64,000 bases of DNA from Trypanosoma brucei (lineage: Eukaryota). The stretch spans positions 1,664,001 to 1,728,000 of the forward strand of contig CM000208.1 in the NCBI GenBank assembly GCA_000002445.1, in the 5' to 3' direction. A model generated the notes under the pieces. It did no database searches and was not told where the DNA came from. It saw nothing but the letters and a program-made list of their open reading frames with translations. Of this stretch, positions 1-11,309 are shown piece by piece (position 1 is the first letter of the stretch; every line of letters begins with the position of its first letter). The translations under genes were made by a program, and so were the position numbers.

Positions 1-1365
1 GTTGTGAACCGACTACGGCGTTTAATCTTGTTGATTATTTCTAAACTTTTTCATTTGCTTCGCCTTCCACCATTTGCTTGGCATTCCCCCCTTAGTATTC
101 ATCGGTTTAAATTCTTTCGTTTGTTGGTTTCTCCGTCAAACTGCCATAGGGCGGCACGCCAATTCGTATATATATATATCTTAAGCTACAATTTTTGTCT
201 TTGCTGCTGTTGTTTTTTCTTTTCCACTGCTTCCCATGCTTAACTTTCTTCGTGGCATGCTTGCCATTCCCCTCGGAGCAAGTACAGACCTGTGAAGAAG
301 TTTAGGAAAAGCCCGAAGATAATAAGGGGAACAAAACGAGTGGCATGGCGAGGCAGGCAAATATGTTAGCTCAGAAGAAGTGTGGCGGCACACCTTTTGT
401 GGCTATTTGCCCACTGCAACAGGCATTTGCTTCACTCACCATTTAAAAGAAACCATGTATCAAAAGTCCTATCATTTGTGTATTCGTGCTTTTTTTTTTT
501 CGGTTTTCGGTTGTTGTTGTTTTTTTCGCCGCGCGTTTTTTGCCCTTGCTGTTTTATCGTCTCTCTCCCCTTCCTTTTCCCCCCTTTTGGTCACTTACCG
601 CCATGAGTAGCAAGCAGACGAGGAAATGAAATCCCATCTTGCACTTGCGTATTTCTCTTCGCACGTTCCATGTGTTCATGAAGTTCACATGCGTTTCTCT
701 TTTCACACCCGGTCATATATATCTTTGAACACCCCTTTGTTAAACTTTTTATGTTATTACCTGTGGTGGGTTTGGGAAGTGAGAAAGCGGGAGGGGAAAG
801 GAACGACTGTAAAATAGTGCCTTGGGGGGGGGGGGCTCTGTGTTGATGTGTCCCTTTTCCTTTTCAGCCTTTTTTTTGCCTTTTCCGCGCATAAAATGTA
901 AGGTGCCCAGGGGCGCATTTTCATCGTTCCCGCCCCACGCATATGTGTGTCAGTTGTGCTAGTGGGTCTGCGCGTAAATGCTAGGATGTGGATGTGGATT
1001 TTCAGATGTACCCATATCTGTTCACTCTTGTTTGCTTGTTTTCACTATATATATATATATATACATATATATGGGTGCATGTATATTTGATTAAAGTGCC
1101 TCGTTCTGTTTTACCCACACCCCGAATTTGTTTGTGCCACTGTCTTCCCTCTTCTTATACCCTTTGCCAATGCTGAAACTTTTTCTTTTACTTTCAATGT
1201 GCCCACCTTCTTGTACACTGTGTGTACTTTCAAATGTGTTCCTGCGTGCGTTATATATGTCATTGTTTTCATGTTTCCTTCCCCTCTATACCCCTCCGTT
1301 TCTTTCTTCTTGTGTTTCATCTGCTCACATATGATTTGTAGTGCACGTGGGGTTGCGGTTTCCTG

Positions 1366-3603
1366 ATGCCCTCCTCTCAGTGGGTAATTTGTTTAGCATC
1401 CATCCGGTTTGACATCGACATAGGCCCTGTCGTGGATCACGTTGCTCCCCATGACGTTTTAACTGAAGAGGGGAAGCGACTCCTCACGCAGGCCAGTTTT
1501 CCTGACTGCAATCCGGAGTACGGACACGACCTTATCTTCTATTTTCAAATGAAGGAGGACTCTCTTGGTGCAAGCAATACACATAGGAAGGACGCTGAAG
1601 GTTCGAGGAATGGCGCCAACACATCTGTGTCCACAACCGTAAAGGACCCTACCTTACGCACTCTAACCTCGGCGACAAATATTTATGGAGCAACTTACTT
1701 CCGTCAAAAGAATGATGCGTCGGTGCCGCGTGGCTACGTCCAGCAGGCCTTCGTATTGTTGTCTCGTTTGCCTTACTTAGTTGTGCATGAGCTCATTCTG
1801 CGCGTTGTAGCTCCTCGCCTCTGTCAGTGTTGTCCGTTCTCGCCTGACACGGAGGTGAAACCGGTGCTGAGTGCTCTGTCGGCCGTACCGTTCACGGCTT
1901 TTGAGCTGGACCCTCTCTTTAATCCCACTCAGTGGTCGCAAGAGGGTGTGTTGGAGCGGGCCCTAGAGGAGATTGGGGGCTGGCCGACGCCCCATCCGCA
2001 CGTTCAGTATGACGTCACGCTCCTTGGTCAGTCTTTCTCATTTATAACGGTAACACGACGGCTGCAAGCACTGGGTGTGCAACGACCAGTAGGTCCACGC
2101 CGGCATGTGATGAATTTAGATGGGCGTGTTGTATTTTTAGGAAATAAGCACCAATCAATGTGCGAGTATAGTATGCTTCCGCTTTACACGCTTCTGAATG
2201 AGCATCTCAGCAATCTAACTCGCATATGGGAGCTCATACTTTCGCATGAGCCTCTATTTATTTGGAGCAATACACCTTCAATGGCATCTGGTGCTGCAAT
2301 AGCTGTTGTATCTCTCATTGAGCCGGTTGTATATAACGGCCTTTTACGTCCTTACTTGACGGTGCAAGATGAGTCGTTTGCCTACCTGAGCCAGTTGGGA
2401 AAGGCAGAACCGTTCTCACGGAGCGATAGTGTTGTTGTGGCGTCCACAAACCCGTTCTTTTTCCGCGCGTTTGATGGCTGGCGGAACCGACTGACTGTGA
2501 TGGACAGACTGGCTCGTAGCAGTGGAAGTGCGAAGGTGGTGGGAGGGGAAACTGTTGGTAGCGGAAACGATAGTGATCCCGCAGTGCACGACGACAACAC
2601 TGTCCCTGTTGTTTCTCGACAGAATAGTGGGAGTGCGTGCCCCTCACCCATACCGGATGGCAACCCGAGCGGGTGCATTCCTTCGCCCGTTTCACCGTTT
2701 GTCCTCACGTACGAAAGTTTTCACCCCACCCTGACCGCCGCCAAAAAATCGGTGGCGCGTAGTGCATCCCCCTCTCAACGTGCACACACAGCTCTCCCGA
2801 GCGCGCGGGGTGCAAGTTCTTTCACGTCACCGTTCTCGTTTTTAGTTGACCACCGTACGCAAACCGCCGTTCTGCTCAGGCGATTGGAACAGGCGTCACA
2901 TTTGAATGCAGAGGCTCAGCTGGCTATGCTGAACATGCACAATCTGGATGCTTGTGGTTGCTCAGACGACAATGTAGCCGACGGCTCTGAGGGTGGTGTA
3001 GGGGCTGTTGGGAGCGGTGACCACGGAGGTGGAGCGAACAACTTGCGCCAGTTTTTCCAGCATAATATTGCCGATGATATAGTGAGAAAGTTCTTCGTGA
3101 CGCTAACGCAGGAATTTCTCATGCCCGTGCGCGCCTGGTTCCAGGTGGCAACGAGCAATTTCAACCTTTTTCATCTGTGCGACCCTGCCATCTATGCGGC
3201 TCTCTCGTCCGAGTCGTTTTTGCAGTTCCTCAAGAACAGCAGAGAGGGCATACCCTCCTTCCTTTCCCATCACCCGTACAAAAAATACAGCGGTATGTAC
3301 AAGCGCTTTGCTAGGGGTTGTTTGTTTCAGTCGTTCCTTTTAAAGTTAGTGGATACAAAGATACGACGTGAACTGGAAGAACTGCAGCTGGATGTTTGGG
3401 CCGCTGAATATACGACGGAGAGGGAACGAGTGGAGATGATTGTTTCGCTCCTGAAGCTTGTGGAAAGGGAGGTGGCGCATTCCCTGGATCCTGATGTTGT
3501 ATTTGTCACCTCAGCGGTGTCGTTGCTTGTGGGGATGGCAACATATGTTAGCGAGTCGCTGCGAGATGAGCTGATGGCTGCGATAAGTAGGTTGAAGCCC
3601 TGA
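1366..3603 (+). CDS. DENN-domain protein, DENND6/Afi1 (FAM116)-like
   Basis: 745-aa ORF. The N-terminal block 'WVICLASIRFDIDIGPVVDHVAPHDVLTEEGKRLLTQASFPDCN...DLIFYFQ' matches the uDENN core of DENND6/Afi1/AVL9 proteins (W.hC.cvv.FD.e.G..vE..yP...LT..EK....lSFPDsN...F.F). It is followed by 'YFRQ..D...RGY.Q.A.VLLS.LPY'. Family assignment is from motif recall only. Confidence 0.55.
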   Translation: MPSSQWVICLASIRFDIDIGPVVDHVAPHDVLTEEGKRLLTQASFPDCNPEYGHDLIFYFQMKEDSLGASNTHRKDAEGSRNGANTSVSTTVKDPTLRTLTSATNIYGATYFRQKNDASVPRGYVQQAFVLLSRLPYLVVHELILRVVAPRLCQCCPFSPDTEVKPVLSALSAVPFTAFELDPLFNPTQWSQEGVLERALEEIGGWPTPHPHVQYDVTLLGQSFSFITVTRRLQALGVQRPVGPRRHVMNLDGRVVFLGNKHQSMCEYSMLPLYTLLNEHLSNLTRIWELILSHEPLFIWSNTPSMASGAAIAVVSLIEPVVYNGLLRPYLTVQDESFAYLSQLGKAEPFSRSDSVVVASTNPFFFRAFDGWRNRLTVMDRLARSSGSAKVVGGETVGSGNDSDPAVHDDNTVPVVSRQNSGSACPSPIPDGNPSGCIPSPVSPFVLTYESFHPTLTAAKKSVARSASPSQRAHTALPSARGASSFTSPFSFLVDHRTQTAVLLRRLEQASHLNAEAQLAMLNMHNLDACGCSDDNVADGSEGGVGAVGSGDHGGGANNLRQFFQHNIADDIVRKFFVTLTQEFLMPVRAWFQVATSNFNLFHLCDPAIYAALSSESFLQFLKNSREGIPSFLSHHPYKKYSGMYKRFARGCLFQSFLLKLVDTKIRRELEELQLDVWAAEYTTERERVEMIVSLLKLVEREVAHSLDPDVVFVTSAVSLLVGMATYVSESLRDELMAAISRLKP

Positions 3604-4140
3604 TGATGCGGGGGAGCGGGAGGGTAAATTGTAAGGAAGTGTATGTGTGAGGCCAGAGCAGGACAATAAATATTGCTAATGTAAGGGCGCAAAAGTGCAT
3701 ACGAGTAGGTGCTTCTATTTCCCCCTCCTTTTTTGCCCCTCTTCTCTTTGACCATTGTTTTGCGTTAAATTTTGCTGTTCTTTTTTTTTTTCGTTGTTCT
3801 TGTTTCACTTGTATCTGACCTAATATGTTGGTGTCGGCTGAAGGAAAACTGCTTGCCAGAAGGAAAGTTCATTCTGTTTGAGCTTCCCTCCTTCTGAATT
3901 AGTGGTCTGCAGCCGCTGGTAAACCCCTTCAACTCTTTCTCTGCACGAGCCATGAAGAATATATATATATACATATATATCAATATGTATATGTTGCAGC
4001 CATAATGTGTACTAGCATGGAAGCGTTCGCTTGCCTACTTGGAAGTATGTTGGGGGGAATTGTTTCCCCGTGTTGGCCTGGTGTTTTTTCATCCTCTTTT
4101 TTGTTTGTCCTTTGTTCATATAACTCGTTTTGTGTTAGCG

Positions 4141-4162
4141 ATATATATATATATATATATAT
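4141..4162. repeat. (AT)n microsatellite
   Basis: 'atatatatatatatatatatat'. Further (AT)n/(TA)n runs are at ~1046-1072, 3956-3996, 18776-18796 and 25636-25655. Confidence 0.9.
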
Positions 4163-4921
4163 CTTTCGCCATATTCAAGTGAGACAATGTGCGAAAGAAC
4201 GGATGGAGGCGTGGGGAGCCGATTCTGTCTGACCGTTGCTTGCCTTTACCTTTCCTTGCTTTTCCACATGTAAACGTTAACTACCACCCTTTGTGTCTTT
4301 CGTTACTTCACCCTTGCATTTCCTCGCCTTAGGTGTGGACATAAGGAGGGTACCGCGACAGAACATAGGGGAGTTTTTTTTTGTGCATACGTATATCTGC
4401 GTTTGTGTCCTCCTCTCATCAACCGCAATGCCACAGAAACGGCATACCACTTCTTAGGATTCCCTTCGTGACGCGAATATGCGAAGGGGTCCCTTTTTAT
4501 CTAACCGCTTGTGTGGTTCCGTGCTTGTGCGAAACCATAGGGGTATAGGCGGCGCATGGGGACCGAACTGCCCACAGAGGTTATGGAAGGGAGGAATAAG
4601 TGAATGGACATGGACGGATTCATCAAAATTATCTGCCAGTAGTTTACCACCCGTTCACCACAGTTAGTTGCATCGACCACCCATCAATGCTTTGTACAAG
4701 AAGAGCATCTTTCCCCTTTCTTTTTTGTCCGACTCGGAAGGTGAAAGAAGATTGAAAAGAGACAATATTGACAGCCATAGAGGGCTTGCAGCGTGGGATA
4801 GTGTGCGCACTGGGGGTGTACAAGTGGGTACGCAAAAAAATATTTCCCCCTCCCTCGAAATTTTGTTTCTGGCGTTTTCGTCACGCCTTTTTTTTTTTGT
4901 ATTTGAGGGTGCTGTGCATAC

Positions 4922-5968
4922 ATGTTACTTAGTGATGAGCACCTGGCATTGCTGGCGAAGTACTACGCCACGGTAGAGTTCACAGGTGAACAGAAGGACG
5001 CGCTCATAGAAAAATACTGGGAGGCAAATGAAGCTGAGCGCAAGGCCATCGCGAGGGCCTACGCATCGCTCTTTGCCAATGACGCCGACTTCATTCAGCG
5101 ACTGCTTGCCCACTACGATATGCATGTTAGCCCGCATGTGAGTCAGGGTGCGAGCAGTTGCAATGAGAACGGTGAACCCTGCAAGAGTGAGGCGGAGTTA
5201 TCGGCAGGCGCTCCCGCTGAACAGGACGGAAACGGCTCCAATAACGGCAGTCTACCGGCGCGGCCGGCGAAGCCGTCGAAAGGGCCAAGTGGCCAACAAC
5301 TCACGTACTCTCAATTGGTTCTGCGTACGGCAATACAGGACCAGTATTCCAAACTTAGTGGTGACGGCCCCTTTCCGATGGCCTTCGGTTTGGTTTTGTC
5401 CGAGGAGGAGCGCCGTGAAGTCATAGATTTGTACTCTCTGCAATTCCAATACCCCGATCAACCAGAGCTGCAGCGTCTTGTCATACTCCCCCAAACGCAT
5501 TCCACTCGTACCAGGCGTCGTGCGAAAGGGAGCTACACATGGTACCTACGCTCGCTCAACACTAACGAAATGGTGTGCGCCGTGACAATTATGGCACACC
5601 ACTATGAAACGCACCACTTCGTCGAGGTGCCGCTGTTCGCAACTGGGGTTGGGTATAAGAAGCATGGCTTCGGCAGGCTAATGAACGCAGCACTGCTGCA
5701 GTGGTGTGTAGAGACGGGGTTCGAGTTTGTGATGATATCCGCTGACGTTAAGGCGATTCCTTTTTGGTCCCATCTTGGCTATAAAACTATGGAAAAATCT
5801 GAACTCACACGTATTGTCTTCTATTATGAGCACAACTGTTATAAATTTAAGGGTGCTGAGGTTATGATTCGGTACTGCCGTACGTGGCCTACGGACGGAG
5901 TAAAAGAGGCATTGGCTCGAGTGCAGAAGGTGATCGTGTCGGGACATGTGGGTTTAATGGATGCCTAG
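4922..5968 (+). CDS. hypothetical protein with C-terminal GNAT (acetyltransferase)-like domain
   Basis: 348-aa ORF. The C-terminal region contains a GNAT motif-A-like 'YKKHGFGRLMNAALLQW' (R/Q-x-x-G-x-G/A) and a downstream 'FEFVMISADVKAIPFWSHLGY'. The N-terminal half is not recognisable. Confidence 0.4.
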   Translation: MLLSDEHLALLAKYYATVEFTGEQKDALIEKYWEANEAERKAIARAYASLFANDADFIQRLLAHYDMHVSPHVSQGASSCNENGEPCKSEAELSAGAPAEQDGNGSNNGSLPARPAKPSKGPSGQQLTYSQLVLRTAIQDQYSKLSGDGPFPMAFGLVLSEEERREVIDLYSLQFQYPDQPELQRLVILPQTHSTRTRRRAKGSYTWYLRSLNTNEMVCAVTIMAHHYETHHFVEVPLFATGVGYKKHGFGRLMNAALLQWCVETGFEFVMISADVKAIPFWSHLGYKTMEKSELTRIVFYYEHNCYKFKGAEVMIRYCRTWPTDGVKEALARVQKVIVSGHVGLMDA

Positions 5969-5984
5969 GGCGATTCTCCTTGCA

Positions 5985-6006
5985 TGTGTGTGTGTGTGTG
6001 TGTGTG
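5985..6006. repeat. (TG)n microsatellite
   Basis: 'tgtgtgtgtgtgtgtgtgtgtg' immediately 3' of the stop codon at 5968. Confidence 0.9.
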
Positions 6007-6487
6007 CAGATGTTAATCATAATTACACGACAAAAGGAAAGTCGGGCCTCATTTGTTGCTCTCTATCTCTTTGTGCATTGGTTTGCGTGCGTAAAGTGTT
6101 ACCTCCCCGGCTAAGTGTGTTTGCTGTTTGGCGGGAGCAAAAGAAAAAAAGGAAACGAAACCGGTAGCGATGCATTGATACGTGTGTGTGTGTGTGCTCA
6201 CACTCGCGCATTGTGCACCATTAAGTATTTCAAGATATACGAATACGTATATGCGAACTCGTATAGGATAGTTGTTAATTCTGGCCCCTTCTATCTATAT
6301 TTTTTGTTTGTTACTTTTCTCCTGCACTCTTGTGTTATCATAGTGTTGTATTTTTACACATTTCCCCTTCCTAATTGCAGCACTTGTGACCCCGTGGCAG
6401 TGTGCCTGCTTACGTGTGTTGGTGCCCCATCAACTCTGTGAAGGTGAGAGTGCAGAGCGAAGGGATAAAAGTAAACAAGATAAAAGG

Positions 6488-6545
6488 GTGATAAAAGAAA
6501 AAAAAAGAAAAAAGGGAGGGAGGAAGAAAAAAAAGAAAAAGGTTA
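6488..6545. repeat. polypurine (A/G-rich) low-complexity tract
   Basis: 'gataaaagaaaaaaaaagaaaaaagggagggaggaagaaaaaaaagaaaaaggtt'. Confidence 0.8.
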
Positions 6546-6787
6546 CCCAAGGTAACCGTGAGGAGAGTGGAAGGAGGGAGTGTAAGAAGAAAAGTACAGG
6601 AAAGACCGCAATTCCACTCACTCGGACAAAACCCTCAAATACGTACCGCGCATTTGTCCATCCGCACGGGCCTAGCGGAGCCAAACAAACAAACGAGGGT
6701 GAGACAGGTAGTAGAGATCCAGGTTAATAAACTGTAATTTGTACCAAACGAAAGGCGCACGAGATACCAAAGTAACGCTGAAGGAGG

Positions 6788-7612
6788 ATGAACTCTATGG
6801 ATGATGCGGCAATTGTAAATCACGTTATTAACAACAGAAACAACTACTACCGTATTTTGTTTTTGGAACGCACTGCCACCAACGAGGAGATAAAGGCAAA
6901 CTACAAGAAGATGGCCTTGAAGTGCCATCCGGACAAGAACAAACACAAAAATGCGAGTGACGCATTCAAACTGCTAGGCACCGCAAACAGCGTCCTCTCA
7001 GATCAGGCGAGGCGACGAATTTACGATTCCCAGGGTGCTGAAGCCGTACGGCGGCACGACAATGGCGGGATGGGCCACAGGGCACCTGGACACGGTGCAT
7101 ATTACAACGCTAACGACCTCTTCGAGGAGTTTTTTGGGCGTGCTCATCGTATGCATACTGAGCGGCCGTTTGCACACGAAGCTGAAGTACCCGTTAATTT
7201 ACTGATGGCGCTGCCGTTGATCTTCTTCGTGATTCTGGCGTTACTCATCCAGTCGTCTCTTACTGACTTAAGTGATTATTCAAATCCCCATATGCGCAGG
7301 GGTGGTGGCGGTGGTGATGGCATAGATACCTTCAGTTTGACGCCAGACCCCGAGCGTGGACATGTTGTGGAACGTTTAACGGCTCTGAAGGGAGCGCGGG
7401 TGAAGTATTATGTCAAACCGAAGTGGAACGAGCGGGCGTCGCGTGGGAGTGCTGACGTGCGTCGAATGGAAAGGAACGTCGTGCAACAGCAGCAAGAATC
7501 TCTGGCTCGTCGCTGTGAGGCGGAGTCGCTCTCCTACAGAGCACGCGGGCGAAAGGAAACGCCCCCGGTCTGCTCCGAATACGAGTCTTTGCGTCAAGCC
7601 ATGCACCGTTAG
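6788..7612 (+). CDS. DnaJ (J-domain) protein with a single predicted transmembrane helix
   Basis: J-domain 'YYRILFLERTATNEEIKANYKKMALKCHPDKNKHKNASDAFKLLGTANSVLSDQARRRIYD' contains the HPD tripeptide. A hydrophobic segment 'LLMALPLIFFVILALLI' lies mid-protein. Confidence 0.8.
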   Translation: MNSMDDAAIVNHVINNRNNYYRILFLERTATNEEIKANYKKMALKCHPDKNKHKNASDAFKLLGTANSVLSDQARRRIYDSQGAEAVRRHDNGGMGHRAPGHGAYYNANDLFEEFFGRAHRMHTERPFAHEAEVPVNLLMALPLIFFVILALLIQSSLTDLSDYSNPHMRRGGGGGDGIDTFSLTPDPERGHVVERLTALKGARVKYYVKPKWNERASRGSADVRRMERNVVQQQQESLARRCEAESLSYRARGRKETPPVCSEYESLRQAMHR

Positions 7613-8087
7613 GCGCGCACTTCACTCCGGTGTGTTTGCAAGGGACGGTTTCGGCGGGTTGGTGTTACGGTCCACACACACACAAGAGACTTTTGTGTGC
7701 GTGGGTGATCTTGTGTTCTGCTTTTGTATTAAACCTAATGTTGTGCACTTTGCATTTCTTGTTGAACTATTTGAATGTGTGTCTCAATCCCTACAAACGA
7801 CCCTCGCTACCATTTTGTCGCCGAATTTGCTTCCCTTTGCCCCCGCCCATGTCTTCCTCGTCATCTGATCACGCACAACGGCAATGCTTCTGTGTAGCGT
7901 CCGAGCTTCGTCCTTCGCCTCCGCAAAATATAGTAATAATAATTATTATTACCACGCACGGCCTTTTTCTTTTGAACAATCGTGTATCATAGAAGTTTTC
8001 AAACACCTATAGAAAGGACACTACACCAGGTGGAGTGATCTCCCATAGAACACAGCCAGCTTCCATTGTATAGAATTTGCCTTATGG

Positions 8088-9539
8088 ATGCCTCACTGCC
8101 CGCGGAGTCCACTGCGAACCCACACGGCTCCCTCGCTACCCCACGAGCAACCGGGTTCTTACACCGCAACTGTTACCTTACATGGTGAGCGGAGGGTAGC
8201 GGATGCATATGCATCTGAAGTTTGTTGGGGCGGCCAGACTGGCACAAGATGGGGCAGCACACACCGTGGGGTTGAGCAGGCTGACGTGTGGAAAACCGCA
8301 TTATGCCCACAAGCGGCATTTCAGAGAAGGGCGTTGTCCCTACTTGGTGAGGGTCATACGGGAACACGCCATGGCCTCCTAAAAGAGCCCCATTTGCGGT
8401 GCTGTGATGCAGGTGAAACCGCACGTCCTACGAGACATATTGAGCGCCACCGTAGTCCCACGACGGTTGGTGGCGATGCAGTTCAACAGCTTGGCACAAC
8501 ATTATGCCATAGTAGTTATTGCCGAATGCCTTCGGTGAATCCTCCGGCAACCGCGTACGAACGAGCCCTTGCAAAGCATGGGAAGCGACTCCTAGCTGCG
8601 GTCCAGAGGGAGCAGAGAAGAAAATTAGAAGAACAGCGGAATCGTCAAGTGCTTGAGCGCCGCAAGGCTCTTTACGAAAGGTATACCAAGTGGAATCGGC
8701 AGTCGACTCATAAGAACGGCTCGGAGCAAACACCAGCGGCGGCTTCCCGCTGTGAAGAGGTTGAGGCCCGGCAGCACAGTGCGCTCACAGTTACCATCGG
8801 CGCTTCTGAAACTGTTGGAAGTTCGCCTTCATCACTCCCAGGTGGGGGGACTTTAGAGACGACGTTACAAGCAACCAAACATTTGCTACTTGAACATACC
8901 ACAGAGGTTGTGGGTTGCTCTACAGCTCCGTTCAATGAGCCTGTTGGGGGAAAACATAACCAAATGCCGCGCAACACCATGTACCCCAAGGAACTACAGG
9001 AGCCACAGAACCATAATTTGGCAGAGTGCGAGTGCTCAACCTCGTTCATGGCGTACTTAGCGGGGAGGCTTTCACCGAGGAGACGCTGCGGGGGTAGTAG
9101 GTTTAATCCCGGATCTGGTGGCAGAGGCGACTTCATCCACGTGTGTTGGCCTCACTGCTTCACTCCACCGCGCCCCTTACCTTGCAGACAAGTTCCACAC
9201 GAATGGGGAAGAAACCTTGTTGCTTCCCTTGCAACGTGTGGTGACGCCGATGGTGAGGGACTGCGGTGGGGATTGCCGTCTCCATTGAGTTGCGTGCTTC
9301 CGGATGATATCCATCAAACTTCGCTGCGGCGCTCTCCTCGCACTGCTGAGGCAACCGCTCTTTCGCAGCGGTACTGCACATCTTTGGATGGTAGTGTAAA
9401 CGAATGTGCTGGGGAAGAACGGCATCTGCTCACCTTCATGCGACCAATGGACCAACCACGCCCCCTCTTGAGTTACCACAGACCGAAAACAATATGTGAG
9501 GATCAAGGAGGCGCTTATGCTGCTTCGGCATGCCCTTAA
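8088..9539 (+). CDS. hypothetical protein (long ORF in an otherwise gene-free 3.7-kb gap); true start may be an internal Met
   Basis: A 483-codon open frame is very unlikely by chance at ~50% GC. Its coiled-coil-like middle is 'YERALAKHGKRLLAAVQREQRRKLEEQRNRQVLERRKALYERY'. The N-terminal composition is odd (P/H/R/T-rich) and there is no recognisable domain. Confidence 0.4.
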   Translation: MPHCPRSPLRTHTAPSLPHEQPGSYTATVTLHGERRVADAYASEVCWGGQTGTRWGSTHRGVEQADVWKTALCPQAAFQRRALSLLGEGHTGTRHGLLKEPHLRCCDAGETARPTRHIERHRSPTTVGGDAVQQLGTTLCHSSYCRMPSVNPPATAYERALAKHGKRLLAAVQREQRRKLEEQRNRQVLERRKALYERYTKWNRQSTHKNGSEQTPAAASRCEEVEARQHSALTVTIGASETVGSSPSSLPGGGTLETTLQATKHLLLEHTTEVVGCSTAPFNEPVGGKHNQMPRNTMYPKELQEPQNHNLAECECSTSFMAYLAGRLSPRRRCGGSRFNPGSGGRGDFIHVCWPHCFTPPRPLPCRQVPHEWGRNLVASLATCGDADGEGLRWGLPSPLSCVLPDDIHQTSLRRSPRTAEATALSQRYCTSLDGSVNECAGEERHLLTFMRPMDQPRPLLSYHRPKTICEDQGGAYAASACP

Positions 9540-10469
9540 AGGTGTGGATGTGGTTACGCTTCCAAATTCGTTTGTTACCAGTGACAGTTTAACCAAGTTT
9601 TGGACTTTACTGCTGGAGAGTTGAGGAAGAGGGAACTGTAATTTTTTTTTACCTGTGCGTGCCGAGTGGTATATGTGTACGTATGTTTACTTCCAGCCTG
9701 AGCTGGCGAAAAGAGCAAATTGAGTCGGAATATGTAGTGGTTGCTGGGTTCCTCCGCTTGAAGTGTAGTGGGAAGTTGTACCCTGGTTGACTGAGGACTC
9801 TCTCTCACTACGCCCTCATGAATCTTGTTTCCACATCGCTCATCCGCCTGGCGGTTGCTTACAACGTTCGCATATGGTCGTAGTTACGCCTTTACAGGGG
9901 ACGTGTGCACTTGCGCCCCAAGCGTTGGGGTGAATGGGAGGGACATGTTTTTTCAACTCAGTGTTTTGGGGGTAACATTGGCGACGGCATTGAATGTCAG
10001 GATGTTCCCTTGTTTCCTGTGTAATAACGGCATTCTGCGCTTTACTTTTGTACATGCCTTTTTCTTTGATTCCTATCCTGTTGCTGGAAAGCAAGCACTT
10101 TCTATAATTGCTGTTCATCCCGGTGCCACGTGTGCCCTGCATTTTTTCAAGGGGTCCCTGATCGATCCATTATAACAGCAGCAGTGAACTTGGAAAGAGG
10201 GAAAAAGGACAATGTGGCACGCTACGTACACCTTGGTCTGAACAGTAAGGGTTATATGTCGTGGACTTGCTGCCGGCGGTCGCGTGATGACCCAGTGGTG
10301 TCTACGATTAGGGGCTGAGCGTTAGCCAAAGCAAAGCCGCTTTCCGAATCTGTTGGCCCCTACAAGGGCTAAAGGTCTCACGAACTCGAAATGTTAGCCA
10401 TGAGCCACCTTTTTTTTTGTGTATTCGTTTCTTGGAAACTGCGTATTTTGTTGCGGTGCATACATCCAG

Positions 10470-10496
10470 TTGTGTGTGTGTGTGTGTGTGTGTGTG
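10470..10496. repeat. (TG)n microsatellite
   Basis: 13 TG units seen directly. Confidence 0.9.
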
Positions 10497-11309
10497 GATC
10501 GAAACCCACAAAAACGAAGTGAATTTCCGGGGTTTAGACTCATTTCTCTATTTTCAGAACGAGTATACGGGGTTGTGTTAGTTTAACCATTACTGGAATA
10601 TTTTTCCGTGCACACCCTACACTGTGGTATTGTTATGATGGGAAACGACAGCAATAACGAGATGGTGCCCTCATCCTTTTTGATGTGCCATTTTATGTTT
10701 ACTTTGCATGCTTATCAACAATCTGCGCACCTTTTCATGCCTTCCTCTTCTGCACCACTGCCCTTTCCGATTTTGGTCCGCGTCACGGTACTGCGTGCTT
10801 GCTTAAGAATCTTCGGTTGAGTGACAAGTGTTATTGTGAAACTACCGGACTGAATCCAACGCACCTATTCAACAACTCACGCGAAGGCTCACTCGTAATA
10901 TACGATGTGGGGGTAGTTGGAAGGGATGCGTATGTGGCCGTTTTTTGTAAGCGCAACCTGCGGCAGAGTGATGTGGCTACTTTGCCTTCTTGTTTCTGTC
11001 TTGCCACAGTATTTCCCCTCTTTTTATTTTTTTCGCACTGTTCTGTCCCTGAAGTTTCTCTCGCCTTACGTAAAGTTCACGAAGAAAAAAAAAGCAAAAG
11101 GTCTACTAATCTGTGAGGAAGAAGAAACAGGGGAACCTCCCATACTTTTTTAGGTGCGACCACTTCCCCACACATAGGGGAGACGGTGATTAACACCCAA
11201 ACAAACAGAAAGGTTGCAGATCTTTTATTTCTGTAGTATCCACGTGTTGCTCGCTGTTCCGCAACTTAGTGCGAGCTGTTTGACTGGAGCCTTCTTTGGA
11301 TAATCCAGG

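Noticed and set aside
10685-11116. 143-codon + strand ORF upstream of the helicase gene ('MPFYVYFACLSTICAPFHAF...').
   Set aside because: Short, Cys/Phe/Leu-rich and low-complexity. It lies in the helicase 5' flank where UTR and pyrimidine tracts are expected. No homology recognised.
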